From a virus: a DNA stretch of 64,000 bases. Below, piece by piece: positions 1 through 9,606 of the stretch. The notes beneath the pieces were generated by a model that was given only the letters and a program-made list of their open reading frames with translations, ran no database searches and was not told where the DNA came from. The number at the start of each line of letters is the position of its first letter. Positions within the stretch are counted from its first letter, which is position 1. The stretch is taken from positions 13,761 to 77,760 of IMG/VR virus record IMGVR_UViG_3300022843_000013. One strand, written 5' to 3'. The position numbers and the translations under genes are program-made.

Positions 1-1185
1 TACGAGCACCTCGTGGGATTTTGTAGTGAGTGTTTGCAGGGGCATATGGACGCTGCGAGTGTAGTCAACCTGGTGGCCGGCGTCCTTCGGAAGGATGTAG
101 GCCTCAGGGGCCGCCAGCCCTCCAGCTCCATGAGAAGTTACCGTAGGTAGAGGCGCCTCTAGCGAATGCGTGCGAGGCTGCTGCGTGGGGCGCTCACCGA
201 AGTTAGGCGACAGAAACTCCTTGAGCCCATACTTGACTAACCCGATCGCAAGGCGTCGGAACGTATTGTCGGCTAAGGGACGCTTCCTCGTAAATACGCT
301 CTGACCTCGGTGCGACCAGTCAATGACGTGGTCACGCGCGCTAGGCCACGCCCACACCTTACCGGGGACTTCCCCGCCTTTGTCGTGCGTAGGGTCTGGC
401 CAGACGGCGGTCTTTCCGCAGGCGTCTCGGACGGCCTGCACAAACAAACGTCTTCGGATTGTCGGGTCGCCGTAGTCGCACGATCGGAGGATGCGCCACT
501 CCAGCGTGTATCCCTTTTCTGTGAGGGCAGACACCCACGCGGAGAAGTATTCCCCCGCGCGGCTTTTATCGGGGACCATGTAGGGCGCATACCCTAAGCC
601 CTCCATACGGGAAGACCAGGAGGCTTCCGCCTCTCTAGGAGTCCGGCGACGGGCGTGTCCTTTTGGGAGGAGCCGAACCGGCTTGCTACTTTTAGCCCAC
701 ATCAGCTCCCCCTTACCGCGGCGGACTTTCCGACGCTTCTGTAATGTAGGTCCCCACGAGAGCCACTCGGGGACGTTCTCTACGATAAGGCAATCTGGAC
801 GCACGTGGTCGACCCAGTCTAAAACGGAGTGGCCGTGCGAGCGCTCCTGCTCAGAGACGCAGGCAGCCCCCTTAGCTACGCTGAAATGCTGGCAGCTAGG
901 AGACGCCCACATCAGAGAGCACCCGGGGGACGGTGGCGACACAGACTTCGGGTCCAGCTTGAAAAGGTCCTCGCGCATGTGCCTGTGCTCCGGGTGATTC
1001 GCGGTGTGGATGTCGATCGCGGCGTCCCAATGGTTCACGAACGTCCCGGCGACGTCCCTATTCAGGATTTTGTTAGCCTCTAGGAGGCCGCCACCGGAGC
1101 CGCCCGCTCCACAAAATAAATCCACAAGCGTGTCAGGAACGCCACTCCTTGGTTGGTCTAGTAATACTAAATTATCCGGAATCAT
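1..1185 (-). CDS. DNA (cytosine-5) methyltransferase, 3' end runs off the window
   Basis: Not in the ORF track. Manual translation from ATG at 1185 gives MIPDNLVLL...DLFCGAGG (motif I), WASPSCQHFS (catalytic motif IV) and IVENVPE (motif VI). Confidence 0.9.
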   Translation of the reverse strand, partial: MIPDNLVLLDQPRSGVPDTLVDLFCGAGGSGGGLLEANKILNRDVAGTFVNHWDAAIDIHTANHPEHRHMREDLFKLDPKSVSPPSPGCSLMWASPSCQHFSVAKGAACVSEQERSHGHSVLDWVDHVRPDCLIVENVPEWLSWGPTLQKRRKVRRGKGELMWAKSSKPVRLLPKGHARRRTPREAEASWSSRMEGLGYAPYMVPDKSRAGEYFSAWVSALTEKGYTLEWRILRSCDYGDPTIRRRLFVQAVRDACGKTAVWPDPTHDKGGEVPGKVWAWPSARDHVIDWSHRGQSVFTRKRPLADNTFRRLAIGLVKYGLKEFLSPNFGERPTQQPRTHSLEAPLPTVTSHGAGGLAAPEAYILPKDAGHQVDYTRSVHMPLQTLTTKSHEVLV

Positions 1186-1187
1186 AT

Positions 1188-1940
1188 TTACAATGGTGTG
1201 ATGGTTCTTAATTGGCGCGATATCGACGCACCGTGGTGTTTTAGGAAGGCGTCTCCTGCGGCTCTCCAGAATACCTCAAAGGATTTGTCGTCGCGAGGAA
1301 ACGCCGGATCGTGGGGACTCACGCGTGCCCAGGCCTTGCGGGCGGACTCCTTAATGTATTCCTCGGCTGCAGATTTTTCCCAGAAGTAACCGTCGTAGTA
1401 AATCTCAACGTCGCCCATGTTGAGGCGCATCTCAGCTCGATAGACGCTCGCCGGTCGGGTTGCTGCGATCGAGTAATCCCGCAGGTATCCTGAAATGTCG
1501 GAGATGTCGATTTCGTGCGCGTCCTTACCGGAGACGGTGAAGAACTTACCCCTGTGGAGCCACATGTAGACGGAGGACCCAGCGAACTCAGCAACCCACT
1601 CCTGGCTGCCACCTTTGACGTCCGCAGGCCACTCCCCAGTGCTGACGCACATCGACACCACCCCTTGCACTTGCGCGGGGACCTTTCGGTCCGATCTGCC
1701 CGGGGCTATCTTAATGCCGAGCCGATCTCCCAGAGATAGCAGGGCGCTCTTGAGGTCGTGAACTACCCCGCTGCCGCCGTGCGTCTCCACCTCCTCGAGG
1801 CTGTCCGCGACGTCTTCATCGGAATCGAAGGCCTCTAAAACTCCGGAGTCCCAAAGTATGTAGGCCGCCGGCTCATCTCCGAAATCAAGTGTCATTCGGG
1901 AGTCCCCTCTTTTCACTATTTCCATATTCTTGCGGATCAC
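1188..1940 (-). CDS. hypothetical protein
   Basis: 250-aa ORF tightly packed in the minus-strand gene run. Confidence 0.7.
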   Translation of the reverse strand: MIRKNMEIVKRGDSRMTLDFGDEPAAYILWDSGVLEAFDSDEDVADSLEEVETHGGSGVVHDLKSALLSLGDRLGIKIAPGRSDRKVPAQVQGVVSMCVSTGEWPADVKGGSQEWVAEFAGSSVYMWLHRGKFFTVSGKDAHEIDISDISGYLRDYSIAATRPASVYRAEMRLNMGDVEIYYDGYFWEKSAAEEYIKESARKAWARVSPHDPAFPRDDKSFEVFWRAAGDAFLKHHGASISRQLRTITPL

Positions 1941-1941
1941 G

Positions 1942-2190
1942 TTAAACAGGTAGTCCGGATTTAGCGCGGCGTTCAGTCAGCTGAGCATCTTCTTTGCTGC
2001 GCTCCCAGTCATGCCATTGGTCAGGGTATCCTCGCGCGTCGAAGACGGTGAGGGCGTAGTCGACTTCGGCGACCACCTTGGCAGCCTGCGTCGCTTTGTG
2101 CTCTTGGGGCGATCTGGCAAGTGCGTTCTTAGCTCGGGTTAGTCGAGACTTGAGGCGAGAATACTCGCGTTGTGATAATTGTTCGTTCAT
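1942..2190 (-). CDS. hypothetical protein
   Basis: 82-aa ORF with AT-rich upstream region, abutting the next gene. Confidence 0.7.
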   Translation of the reverse strand: MNEQLSQREYSRLKSRLTRAKNALARSPQEHKATQAAKVVAEVDYALTVFDARGYPDQWHDWERSKEDAQLTERRAKSGLPV

Positions 2191-2289
2191 ATTGATTATA
2201 GGTTTAATTGTCTTACTAGTCTGATTGGGTCGTCGATTTTTTAGGTAGGTAGGTGGGGAACTTTCGTCCCTAAGGGCGCTGCGCGTCTC

Positions 2290-2820
2290 TCACTCATAAG
2301 ATAAGGGAGGGCCCGGGATTTCGATGACGCAGGAGTGGACTACCGCGGGAGGGTCTGACTCGTCCGCCCACCCATGCGGCGGGCCTCCCCCGAACAGGAC
2401 CTCTTCTACGAAGTAACTCCAAGCGTCACGCTCTTCGTCCTCGTCGAGCTCCACGACGCACGTGTAATCGTCTTCATGAGGTAAGTGCCCACTCACCACG
2501 TAGTAGCGCGTCTTAATGGGGAACGCCTCGGGATTCACGACGAAAGGCGGCGGGGGAGTATCACCTTCGTGGTTACGCAAGTCGGACTCATACCGCGCGT
2601 GTCCTACTGCCGCCCTCGCAATCCCTAGGATTTCAGACACTCCGGTGGATCGGCTTAGGTGGATTACGTCGGTTAGTAAGTCCGTAATGCAAGCACGCAG
2701 CGTATCAACGCCTACCTCCCGGGCGTAGGCGCTCAGGAGTAGATTGGCGCGGGCGGCTCTCTTTTTTACGGTGACTCCGCCTACTTTCAGGTCTGGGTGG
2801 TATTCTATAATTCTACTCAT
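2290..2820 (-). CDS. hypothetical protein
   Basis: 176-aa ORF with ATGA overlap with the upstream gene. Confidence 0.7.
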   Translation of the reverse strand: MSRIIEYHPDLKVGGVTVKKRAARANLLLSAYAREVGVDTLRACITDLLTDVIHLSRSTGVSEILGIARAAVGHARYESDLRNHEGDTPPPPFVVNPEAFPIKTRYYVVSGHLPHEDDYTCVVELDEDEERDAWSYFVEEVLFGGGPPHGWADESDPPAVVHSCVIEIPGPPLSYE

Positions 2821-3437
2821 TCGTTTATTTGGGGTAGTGTTCGTTCGTCGGCGTTTTTGAGAATCTCCCCGACGTCAAGCCATGCCGGCCGCACGGAATT
2901 GAGGAGGGCTTCGCGCGTCCCTGCGTCCATAGAGGAGTAGAAGTGCGTAATGGGTAGGTAGCGCGCCGACACCTGAAGGGGTGTCCAATACCCCAAGACG
3001 ACGCGTCCCTCGTGCGACTCTATCGTTTCCTGCGCTCTCGAAAAAGGTATGGGATCTTGCAAACCCACGCGCGACTCGTATTCCGCCGCGACTTCGCGCA
3101 GAAGTAGGAAACTCGCGTCGTCGTCGACGTATCCATACAGCATGTTGGTATCAGCACTGACCCCATTGAACCAAAGCATCACGGGGTAGATTTTTCGCGG
3201 CAGTGTCAGCATCGGCATTACCTCCCTCACGTAGACCACAGCAGAGTGGTCAGGCAGGAGTGTGCCCACTTGGTGCTCGACCGAGACGACTTCGAAAAAG
3301 AACTTTTCCGGCGCGGACGGTCCTGCAATCGGGTGCAACGATACTCGCTGACCAACGGCGGGGACTTGGTGCATGTCGACTTTCTGTATGACCGTCTCTA
3401 CGCCGCCCTCCCACTCGGATATGGTGACTTTAATCAT
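2817..3437 (-). CDS. hypothetical protein (probable start MIKVTISEW)
   Basis: ORF 2817..3545; ATG at 3437 overlaps the end of the upstream gene. Confidence 0.6.
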   Translation of the reverse strand: MIKVTISEWEGGVETVIQKVDMHQVPAVGQRVSLHPIAGPSAPEKFFFEVVSVEHQVGTLLPDHSAVVYVREVMPMLTLPRKIYPVMLWFNGVSADTNMLYGYVDDDASFLLLREVAAEYESRVGLQDPIPFSRAQETIESHEGRVVLGYWTPLQVSARYLPITHFYSSMDAGTREALLNSVRPAWLDVGEILKNADERTLPQINE

Positions 3438-3813
3438 GGTTTGCGATGCGCAGTGCTTGTTGGTGATAGTAAGACCCAGCACGAGCGACGCGATTGACGT
3501 GGTCCTCGGCGTCGGAGTCGCACCTGAAATGGGTGGCTTCGTCATCCCTCTCGATTTGCTTGCCGTCCTCGGAACTCATGATACACCAACCCTCCTCCAG
3601 CGCGAGGCCTTGATCGAAAGCGTCATCGTCTGGTGTATCCTCGCAAGATGTAAGGTGCATCGCTAGATCTAAGGTCCACCTCCGTCCCGTGCGGGGGTCG
3701 ACGAATAAAATCACACCCGCGGGTAATTGCTCGCGGATTATCGGTTCGGTCGCTCCCGCCTCTCCAGCGAGGTGCGAGAGATAACCCGAAAAACTTATTT
3801 GGTCGATTTTCAT
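3430..3813 (-). CDS. hypothetical protein
   Basis: 127-aa acidic ORF coupled to the def stop codon. Confidence 0.65.
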   Translation of the reverse strand: MKIDQISFSGYLSHLAGEAGATEPIIREQLPAGVILFVDPRTGRRWTLDLAMHLTSCEDTPDDDAFDQGLALEEGWCIMSSEDGKQIERDDEATHFRCDSDAEDHVNRVARAGSYYHQQALRIANHD

Positions 3814-4301
3814 ATTTCTTTTGTGCTGGATTGTTCGAGAGTGACCCCCCGTAAATGGTCATGCTCATGCTGAAAGATTCGAGCAGATGCCCCGTGCAGG
3901 ACAGCGCCTGATATTCTGTGACCTACCACGTTGGTCCAGCTTGCGACGATGCGGTAGGGACGCTTCACGTAGAACCGGCGGCCCGGCAAGGATAGGCACC
4001 CTTCAATCTCCTCGACCATCTCCGTCTTAGGGAGGGCCTCCCACGTCGGGTTTATGAAGAAATGAGCACTTGGCTTGCTCTGGGCCTTGTATTTGAAATT
4101 GGACCCCTTCACCACGAAGAAGAAATTCTCGCGCATACCTAACTGGTTAGCGGCGATACCGACGCCGCCGTGAATTGCGCAGATGATATCCAGCTGCTCG
4201 GCGTATAATTTCAGCGACGCGTGGGAGGATTTAATACCCGTGAAATCCTCATGGAGGAGGTTCCCTGGAGTTGATTTTGAGTGTAACTTTAAGATTTTCA
4301 T
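3810..4301 (-). CDS. def: peptide deformylase
   Basis: Three PDF motifs: GVGIAANQLG, EGCLS, QHEHDHL. Probable start MKILKL at 4301. Confidence 0.93.
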   Translation of the reverse strand: MKILKLHSKSTPGNLLHEDFTGIKSSHASLKLYAEQLDIICAIHGGVGIAANQLGMRENFFFVVKGSNFKYKAQSKPSAHFFINPTWEALPKTEMVEEIEGCLSLPGRRFYVKRPYRIVASWTNVVGHRISGAVLHGASARIFQHEHDHLRGVTLEQSSTKEI

Positions 4302-4320
4302 ATTTTTTCGTCGAAATAGA

Positions 4321-4353
4321 AAGGGTGCCGGGAGACTCGCTCCCGGCACCCTT
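4321..4353 (-). terminator. GC-rich intergenic hairpin, probable intrinsic terminator
   Basis: aagggtgccgggag...ctcccggcaccctt followed by a T-rich tract on the minus strand. Confidence 0.55.
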
Positions 4354-4376
4354 GGTGTTTGTGTGGCCTGCGCCGT

Positions 4377-4718
4377 TTACCAGTCAGCCTGATACAAGGC
4401 AGACAGGTGCTCATTGATGGCCGTGACGTGCTCCGAAGCCGTTCGTCGTTCCTGCGTTTCGCGCATATCTTGAATATGCGAGGCGGCGGCGACGCCGGCC
4501 GCTAGGTGCGCGTCGTCGTCCAGATCTAGCTGGGCGATGAACGGTATCGTGAATCTGGACAAGACCTCTTCCTGATAATGAACGCTGCCCTGAAGAAGGT
4601 CGGCGAGAAACTCGTGCGCGTTCATAGCTGCCGCGCGAATACGGGAAGGTCCAACAATAGCCTCCAGCTGCGCTATGATGTCTGCTGCGTTGGGGTTGAT
4701 CGATGTGGGAGTTTTCAT
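4377..4718 (-). CDS. hypothetical protein
   Basis: 113-aa ORF in the gene run. Confidence 0.65.
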   Translation of the reverse strand: MKTPTSINPNAADIIAQLEAIVGPSRIRAAAMNAHEFLADLLQGSVHYQEEVLSRFTIPFIAQLDLDDDAHLAAGVAAASHIQDMRETQERRTASEHVTAINEHLSALYQADW

Positions 4719-4727
4719 GGTTGGTAA

Positions 4728-5297
4728 TTATCGTTTGTTGAGTCGGGCCCATTCGGCGATAAGGGCTGCATCAGCGTCTGACGCCTTGGTGTTTCCGAAG
4801 TCCTGCTTAGGGAACAGTCGGCGTCCGATCTCTAGAGACGAGATCTTGGTCTGCTTCTTAACATCCTTACGCCTCGCGTCTAAGGCCTTCTTCTCTGCTG
4901 GCGTGGCCCCCTTGCTAGCTCGAGGGACAGATTTAGGAGGTGGGAGCATAACTTTCTGCCACGTCTTGGAGTCCACATACTCGAACTTAATTCCCAGAAC
5001 CTCCATTACGACGTTCTGAGCCTCGTCGCACCGAACACTACTCTGGATAGCCTTCCACCCCATGTGCGGGCCGGTCGCAGGCCTCTCCAGCACCAATACC
5101 GCGTTACCGACGTAAGGTCGTAGAATCTCGGCAAACTTATGGGGCATGAGGCGCCTGATGGAGTCAGTCGACTTGGTGTAAGTCTGTCGCGGCTCCACGG
5201 GAGTCGGCCCGTAGAAGATCATGCGACCTCTAGAGTCGACGACCGCGATGGATCCGGACACGCCGTTGTCCACGCCGATGTAGTAATATTCTTCCAT
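4728..5297 (-). CDS. RuvC-like Holliday junction resolvase
   Basis: YIGVDNGVSGSIAVVD, VLERP and DADAALIAEW match the RuvC/RNase H-fold acidic motifs; start MEEYYY at 5297. Confidence 0.8.
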   Translation of the reverse strand: MEEYYYIGVDNGVSGSIAVVDSRGRMIFYGPTPVEPRQTYTKSTDSIRRLMPHKFAEILRPYVGNAVLVLERPATGPHMGWKAIQSSVRCDEAQNVVMEVLGIKFEYVDSKTWQKVMLPPPKSVPRASKGATPAEKKALDARRKDVKKQTKISSLEIGRRLFPKQDFGNTKASDADAALIAEWARLNKR

Positions 5298-5373
5298 TTT
5301 ATTATTATTTTTAACGCAAAAAGCGGCCCCCACTTGGAGAGCCGCCTTTGCTTGAATTTGATTATGAGCGAGT

Positions 5374-5580
5374 TTATCCGTTGGAGGATTCCTCGACCAT
5401 GTGTCCGGTAGCGAGGATGCGGCTGAGCTGCGCCTTCTTCGTAAGATTTTCCCCTTCGGAGGGCCAAGTCTTTCCGAGAATGTCGGATTGCTCAGCGTTA
5501 GCGCTGGCCGACTTCTCAAAGACGGCGATTCCAGAGCGGACGGTGGCGCCAACGATGGCTTGAAAATCAGAGTCTGTCAT
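5374..5580 (-). CDS. small hypothetical protein with KxA motif
   Basis: 68-aa ORF containing EKSAS, preceded by a sigma70-like TTGCCT-17-TAACCT. Confidence 0.55.
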   Translation of the reverse strand: MTDSDFQAIVGATVRSGIAVFEKSASANAEQSDILGKTWPSEGENLTKKAQLSRILATGHMVEESSNG

Positions 5581-5616
5581 GTCGTGAGGTTAGCAGGATG
5601 CGCGAACCAGGCAAGT

Positions 5617-7530
5617 CTATTTTTGAGTAGCCTCAGCCAGCCCTAACCTACCAGCGAGGACATCGCCGAGCTGATTCTTAGTCAGGCCTAGCAAGTTACG
5701 CACGGCGTCTTCCATTGCCGGGTTGATCACCGGTCGGGGGAGCTTTATACGACCCCAACTCTCGCCGCTTACGATGCGCTTATCGAAGAGTCCGCCGTCC
5801 ACTGATCCCAAAGTCTTGAGGTCCACGAGTTCCCCGTTCTTTACTTCGATAGGATTGTGCGCGTCGAGGTCTTTGTCGGTAAAGGGTGCCAGGCGAAAGC
5901 GGCCCTTGCTGACCTCCCGGGGGTTTATGCCAGCCCCAGATAGAATCGCCTGGAATTTGTCCCACACGAAAGGAGACCCCGGTGCCTTCGTGGGCTTGCC
6001 GGATCTAAGGTCTCGCCAATACTGGTCATTGCGCTGCCCTCGAAGGGTGGAGTTCTCTCTCAGGAGTGCGTAAGCTCCAGACGACAGTGCCGCAAAGTTC
6101 TCCAGTCCGGAGAATCTCTTAGCTCCTGCGTTCTCACCGCCGCCGCGTGAAGGTTGCTCGTTCGCGTCGTAACTCCCGGAACCCCGCATACTCAACTTAC
6201 CTGCGGAAGTGTGGTGAAGCTTGTTGATGAAGGCGTTACCGACGGTCACGGGGTTAGCCAAAAAGCGCTGCGACTCTGGGTCAAACACGCGCTCTTTTGA
6301 AGTGACACCGTGCTGGTCTTCGAGCTGGGAAATGTAATCGTTCCAAGACTGACCCTTCGGTAAGTAGGACGGGATCTTCAAAGGCTTACCAAGCAGCGCC
6401 GCGATTTTACCGAGGCGTATCTCGTGCTGCGACGCTGGGTTGGCCCTCGAAACCAAAGAGAGCGGGTTTAGGAGGGCGTCTAGAGGCTTCCCGTCCTCAG
6501 TGTGCGGCATCTGGGCGTCTGGTATAATGCGAGACACGGTCGACTTAGCGCCCTGCCGCAGGACCAGCTTGTCACCAACCTCCGTCGGCTTCACGTATCG
6601 CAGGACCACCTTGAGGCCGTTCTTGGTTTTTCGCGCGGAAACAACCTCTGCGGGTTGATGCCCGTCCCACGTCTGAGAAGCGTCACGCCTAGACTGACGC
6701 TGCGCCCGGTTAAGCTTGCCGACGTTCGCTCCAGCGCTGGACATAGTCCGGGGCATGGTGGCTAACATGACTGGGTCCCCGGGGTCCAGGATCGTGCCAG
6801 GCTTTACGAGTCCATCCTCATCGAAGTTGGTGAGCTTGTCCTTCGTAAACCTAGACGCGAAAAGTCCCCGGTAGTGGGTTAGCCCAGTCTTGAGGTTGTC
6901 CGAAAAGTCCTGCTTCATCACCTTGTAGTGCACCCCAGCCATGCGCTTGGCGAAGCTCTCCGAGATGGGGATGGCGTCGTCCATGCTAAAACCCTTCCAA
7001 GGAACGAGGCCGATGCGCGCGTTCAGTCCCATGTTCATGGTGCCGTTGTCGTCGGTGTAGCTAGACGCGGCGATCATCTGCCCAGGTTCGAAGCTGTCAC
7101 CCTCCTTGAGAAGCACTCGAGAAGTGATGCCCGATTTTTGGTTGAACGAGAAATTGTTGTATAGGCCCAACTCTCCCGCCTCCCCGTCATCGTATTGCAC
7201 CGACACGCTGTCAGGAGACACCGCGGTGATCCTACCAGCTCGCTTGGCGCGCTGAATTCCCATCTTTTCCCCGAGTATGTCATCGAAGCTCCGACCTTCT
7301 GGGTCGCTGGGGTCAAGGTTCTGCACGAGCGGTGCCTCCCCTCCCTCGATAGCATGAGCCTGGTTCGCGAATCTCCCTCCGTAAAACAAGCGGGGAGCCT
7401 GCACAGCGGACTGAAGCGGGATACTGTTGGTGTGCGTCCCATACTGACGAGACGGGTCTTCCAACTCGTAGTCGACATCTTCGTCGTCGTCGGGGATTTC
7501 CTCGAGTCTGTTGTTCCTTACTACGTGCAT
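5617..7530 (-). CDS. phage RNA polymerase beta subunit C-terminal part, with a beta'-like N-terminal segment appended
   Basis: RpoB motifs DDAIPISE, VGDKLVLRQGAKSTVSRI (cf. GDKMAGRHGNKG), DALLNPLSLVSR, KLHH and AKRFSGLE. The tail GGLFDKRI...WGRIKLPRPVINP resembles the RpoC N-terminus. Confidence 0.9.
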   Translation of the reverse strand: MHVVRNNRLEEIPDDDEDVDYELEDPSRQYGTHTNSIPLQSAVQAPRLFYGGRFANQAHAIEGGEAPLVQNLDPSDPEGRSFDDILGEKMGIQRAKRAGRITAVSPDSVSVQYDDGEAGELGLYNNFSFNQKSGITSRVLLKEGDSFEPGQMIAASSYTDDNGTMNMGLNARIGLVPWKGFSMDDAIPISESFAKRMAGVHYKVMKQDFSDNLKTGLTHYRGLFASRFTKDKLTNFDEDGLVKPGTILDPGDPVMLATMPRTMSSAGANVGKLNRAQRQSRRDASQTWDGHQPAEVVSARKTKNGLKVVLRYVKPTEVGDKLVLRQGAKSTVSRIIPDAQMPHTEDGKPLDALLNPLSLVSRANPASQHEIRLGKIAALLGKPLKIPSYLPKGQSWNDYISQLEDQHGVTSKERVFDPESQRFLANPVTVGNAFINKLHHTSAGKLSMRGSGSYDANEQPSRGGGENAGAKRFSGLENFAALSSGAYALLRENSTLRGQRNDQYWRDLRSGKPTKAPGSPFVWDKFQAILSGAGINPREVSKGRFRLAPFTDKDLDAHNPIEVKNGELVDLKTLGSVDGGLFDKRIVSGESWGRIKLPRPVINPAMEDAVRNLLGLTKNQLGDVLAGRLGLAEATQK

Positions 7531-7531
7531 G

Positions 7532-9529
7532 TTATCGTGCGTAAAGGGACGACAAAGCTCGAAGCTGATCGGGAGAATTCATGACGTCGACGGCGGTCAT
7601 CGCACTTCCCATCATACCTGGACCCCGGGGTAACGTGGAAGGCTGCGCCTTGGGAGCCATGGCGCCCGTGCGAAACAGCGTGTCGTATATCCAGTCTCCC
7701 ATCTTCCCGTAAGAGGTCCGGTAGGCGCCCGGCGACGCGAATAACTTCGTAACCATCGGGCTATCGTTGACCCGCTGACCAGCGCCTGGCTTAAGAACCT
7801 TTATGCCTGGGGTTGGCGCGAGTCCTGGCGCGGGCGCGGCAGGACTCGCCGACTTGACGCGCTTGTGCAGCCTGTCTAGGCGCGAACTAGTCAGACGCTG
7901 GACAGCTGTCGCTTCGCCCCCTGACGCCTCAGCACTCAGCTCTCCCTTCTGCTTGGCTAGGTCGGCCTCGGCCTTCTGTCGCTCCATCTGGATCTTCAGG
8001 ATCTCGTTTTCCTGCGTCTTTTTTCCGAGCTCCATTTGGAACTTCTGCTGTTGCTCCATTTGCGCCTGCTGAGACTGCTGCTCCATGGCGGCCGCCTGCT
8101 GCGCCCCCTGTTGCTGAGCTTCCGTAGCTGCCTGCTCGGCTTTCATGATCTGCGGATTAGCGCCCGTCGAAGGAGGCATGGAGTTGGCTGTTGCTTGGCG
8201 CATAGCAGGGTTCTGTCCCGGTATGGGAGGAGTGGGGACGCCGGTGTTCGGGGGAGGAGGGGGAGCCATTCCCGCCTTCTCGGCGTAGATCGTCTCGACG
8301 CCGTTTTTGAAGGACGCGACCTTGGAGAGTTGTTGGTGCTCTCGGTCAATGTCCAGGTCCTCCTCTTCCCTCTCGTTAGGGTTGTCGGGGTCCTCGGGTT
8401 TTCGGGTTTTTGTGCGGGCCTTGGTTTCCGAAAGCAAGCGTCGTCGAGTGTCGCGGCCGATGCGCCCGCGAAGTGCGTTGGACAGGTTGATCTCCTCAAT
8501 AGGTATTTCCAGCTGAGTCTCGACGTCCCCCGGGTTCTTGGTTGGGAGGGTCACGCGGACTCTACCTTTACCGCTCTCGGCGATCGCCTTCTCCTGGTTA
8601 TCAGAATTCTTCTTGGCCTTGTAGGCTGCGATGGCGAGAGCTCCCAGGCCTAGGCCGCCCGCACCGAGAAGAAGACCCTTAGGGATTTTGTCCCACAGGT
8701 TGGATTCAGGCAAGGCAGGCGCGGCGTTCGCTTCATCTTTTTTTCTAGCGTCTATGTAGTCGACGAGAGACTCAGACACGTTATCGATCTTGTGCATCGT
8801 GGACTGCCCTTTTATCAGAGCGTCTTTAGCTGGTGCGAGGGCGAATGCTCCCAAGCTCGACAAAATACCGGCCTTGCCGTGCCGCGCAGCTGCGTATCCC
8901 GCGCTTGCGCCGATCGCGGCGTTCAGGCCTCCAATCAAAGATCTCTCTTTATCCCACCCAGAAGGGTCCAAGGTGCTATCAACAGTCCGACTGGCGTCGT
9001 TGGCTTGATCGTAGAATGCGACGGTACCGGCGGCGCCTAACCCGAGCGCCCCTGCTGTCCCCGCGTTATGCCGGGTGCGCGCCCACCCTTTCAAGGCTTT
9101 GGCGGCGCCCCCCGTCATGGCCACCTTCTCGATCACCGGGATCGATAGGGAGGCGGCCAGACTCTTGCTCGGGGCGTTGTGCGCCGCGATCAGCGCGCGG
9201 ACCTCGTCGACCTCGCCCGACTTGCAGCGTAGGACTTGCGCCACGGCCTGCTTAGCGAAGCCCTGCTCTCGGTGTTCCGGCAGAACTCCGATGGCGTAAT
9301 ACCCCACTTTTCTATCCCCCTCTTGTCGGGACTGCCACCCGACGAAGCCTACGGGCTCCGCGCCTGCCGCCTTAGATATCAGGTAGAGACCGCCCGGATC
9401 GAACTGATCCCTCGCAAGTCCGTAGGGCCAGTAAGACGGCTCTTCTCGGTAAATCCTACCCATAATACTCTCCGTAGTTGAGAGATCTTCCGAGCTGCTA
9501 GCCTTCTTGAACATGCATACGTTTAGCAC
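7532..9529 (-). CDS. GNAT acetyltransferase domain fused to a low-complexity, KxA-rich probable virion protein
   Basis: IGVLPEHREQGFAKQ (GNAT motif A) and HNAPS, followed by Gly/Ala/Gln/Pro-rich segments. Confidence 0.75.
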   Translation of the reverse strand: MLNVCMFKKASSSEDLSTTESIMGRIYREEPSYWPYGLARDQFDPGGLYLISKAAGAEPVGFVGWQSRQEGDRKVGYYAIGVLPEHREQGFAKQAVAQVLRCKSGEVDEVRALIAAHNAPSKSLAASLSIPVIEKVAMTGGAAKALKGWARTRHNAGTAGALGLGAAGTVAFYDQANDASRTVDSTLDPSGWDKERSLIGGLNAAIGASAGYAAARHGKAGILSSLGAFALAPAKDALIKGQSTMHKIDNVSESLVDYIDARKKDEANAAPALPESNLWDKIPKGLLLGAGGLGLGALAIAAYKAKKNSDNQEKAIAESGKGRVRVTLPTKNPGDVETQLEIPIEEINLSNALRGRIGRDTRRRLLSETKARTKTRKPEDPDNPNEREEEDLDIDREHQQLSKVASFKNGVETIYAEKAGMAPPPPPNTGVPTPPIPGQNPAMRQATANSMPPSTGANPQIMKAEQAATEAQQQGAQQAAAMEQQSQQAQMEQQQKFQMELGKKTQENEILKIQMERQKAEADLAKQKGELSAEASGGEATAVQRLTSSRLDRLHKRVKSASPAAPAPGLAPTPGIKVLKPGAGQRVNDSPMVTKLFASPGAYRTSYGKMGDWIYDTLFRTGAMAPKAQPSTLPRGPGMMGSAMTAVDVMNSPDQLRALSSLYAR

Positions 9530-9606
9530 TTTACTTGCGCTAGGTAAAGAGGAACACCAGCCGCCGTCAGGTATTCTGACGGCGGCGGTGAAAACTCCTG
9601 CTTTGA

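Noticed and set aside
273-1201. Short ORFs listed in the track over 273-1201
   Set aside because: They are shadows of the methyltransferase ORF that runs off the window edge.
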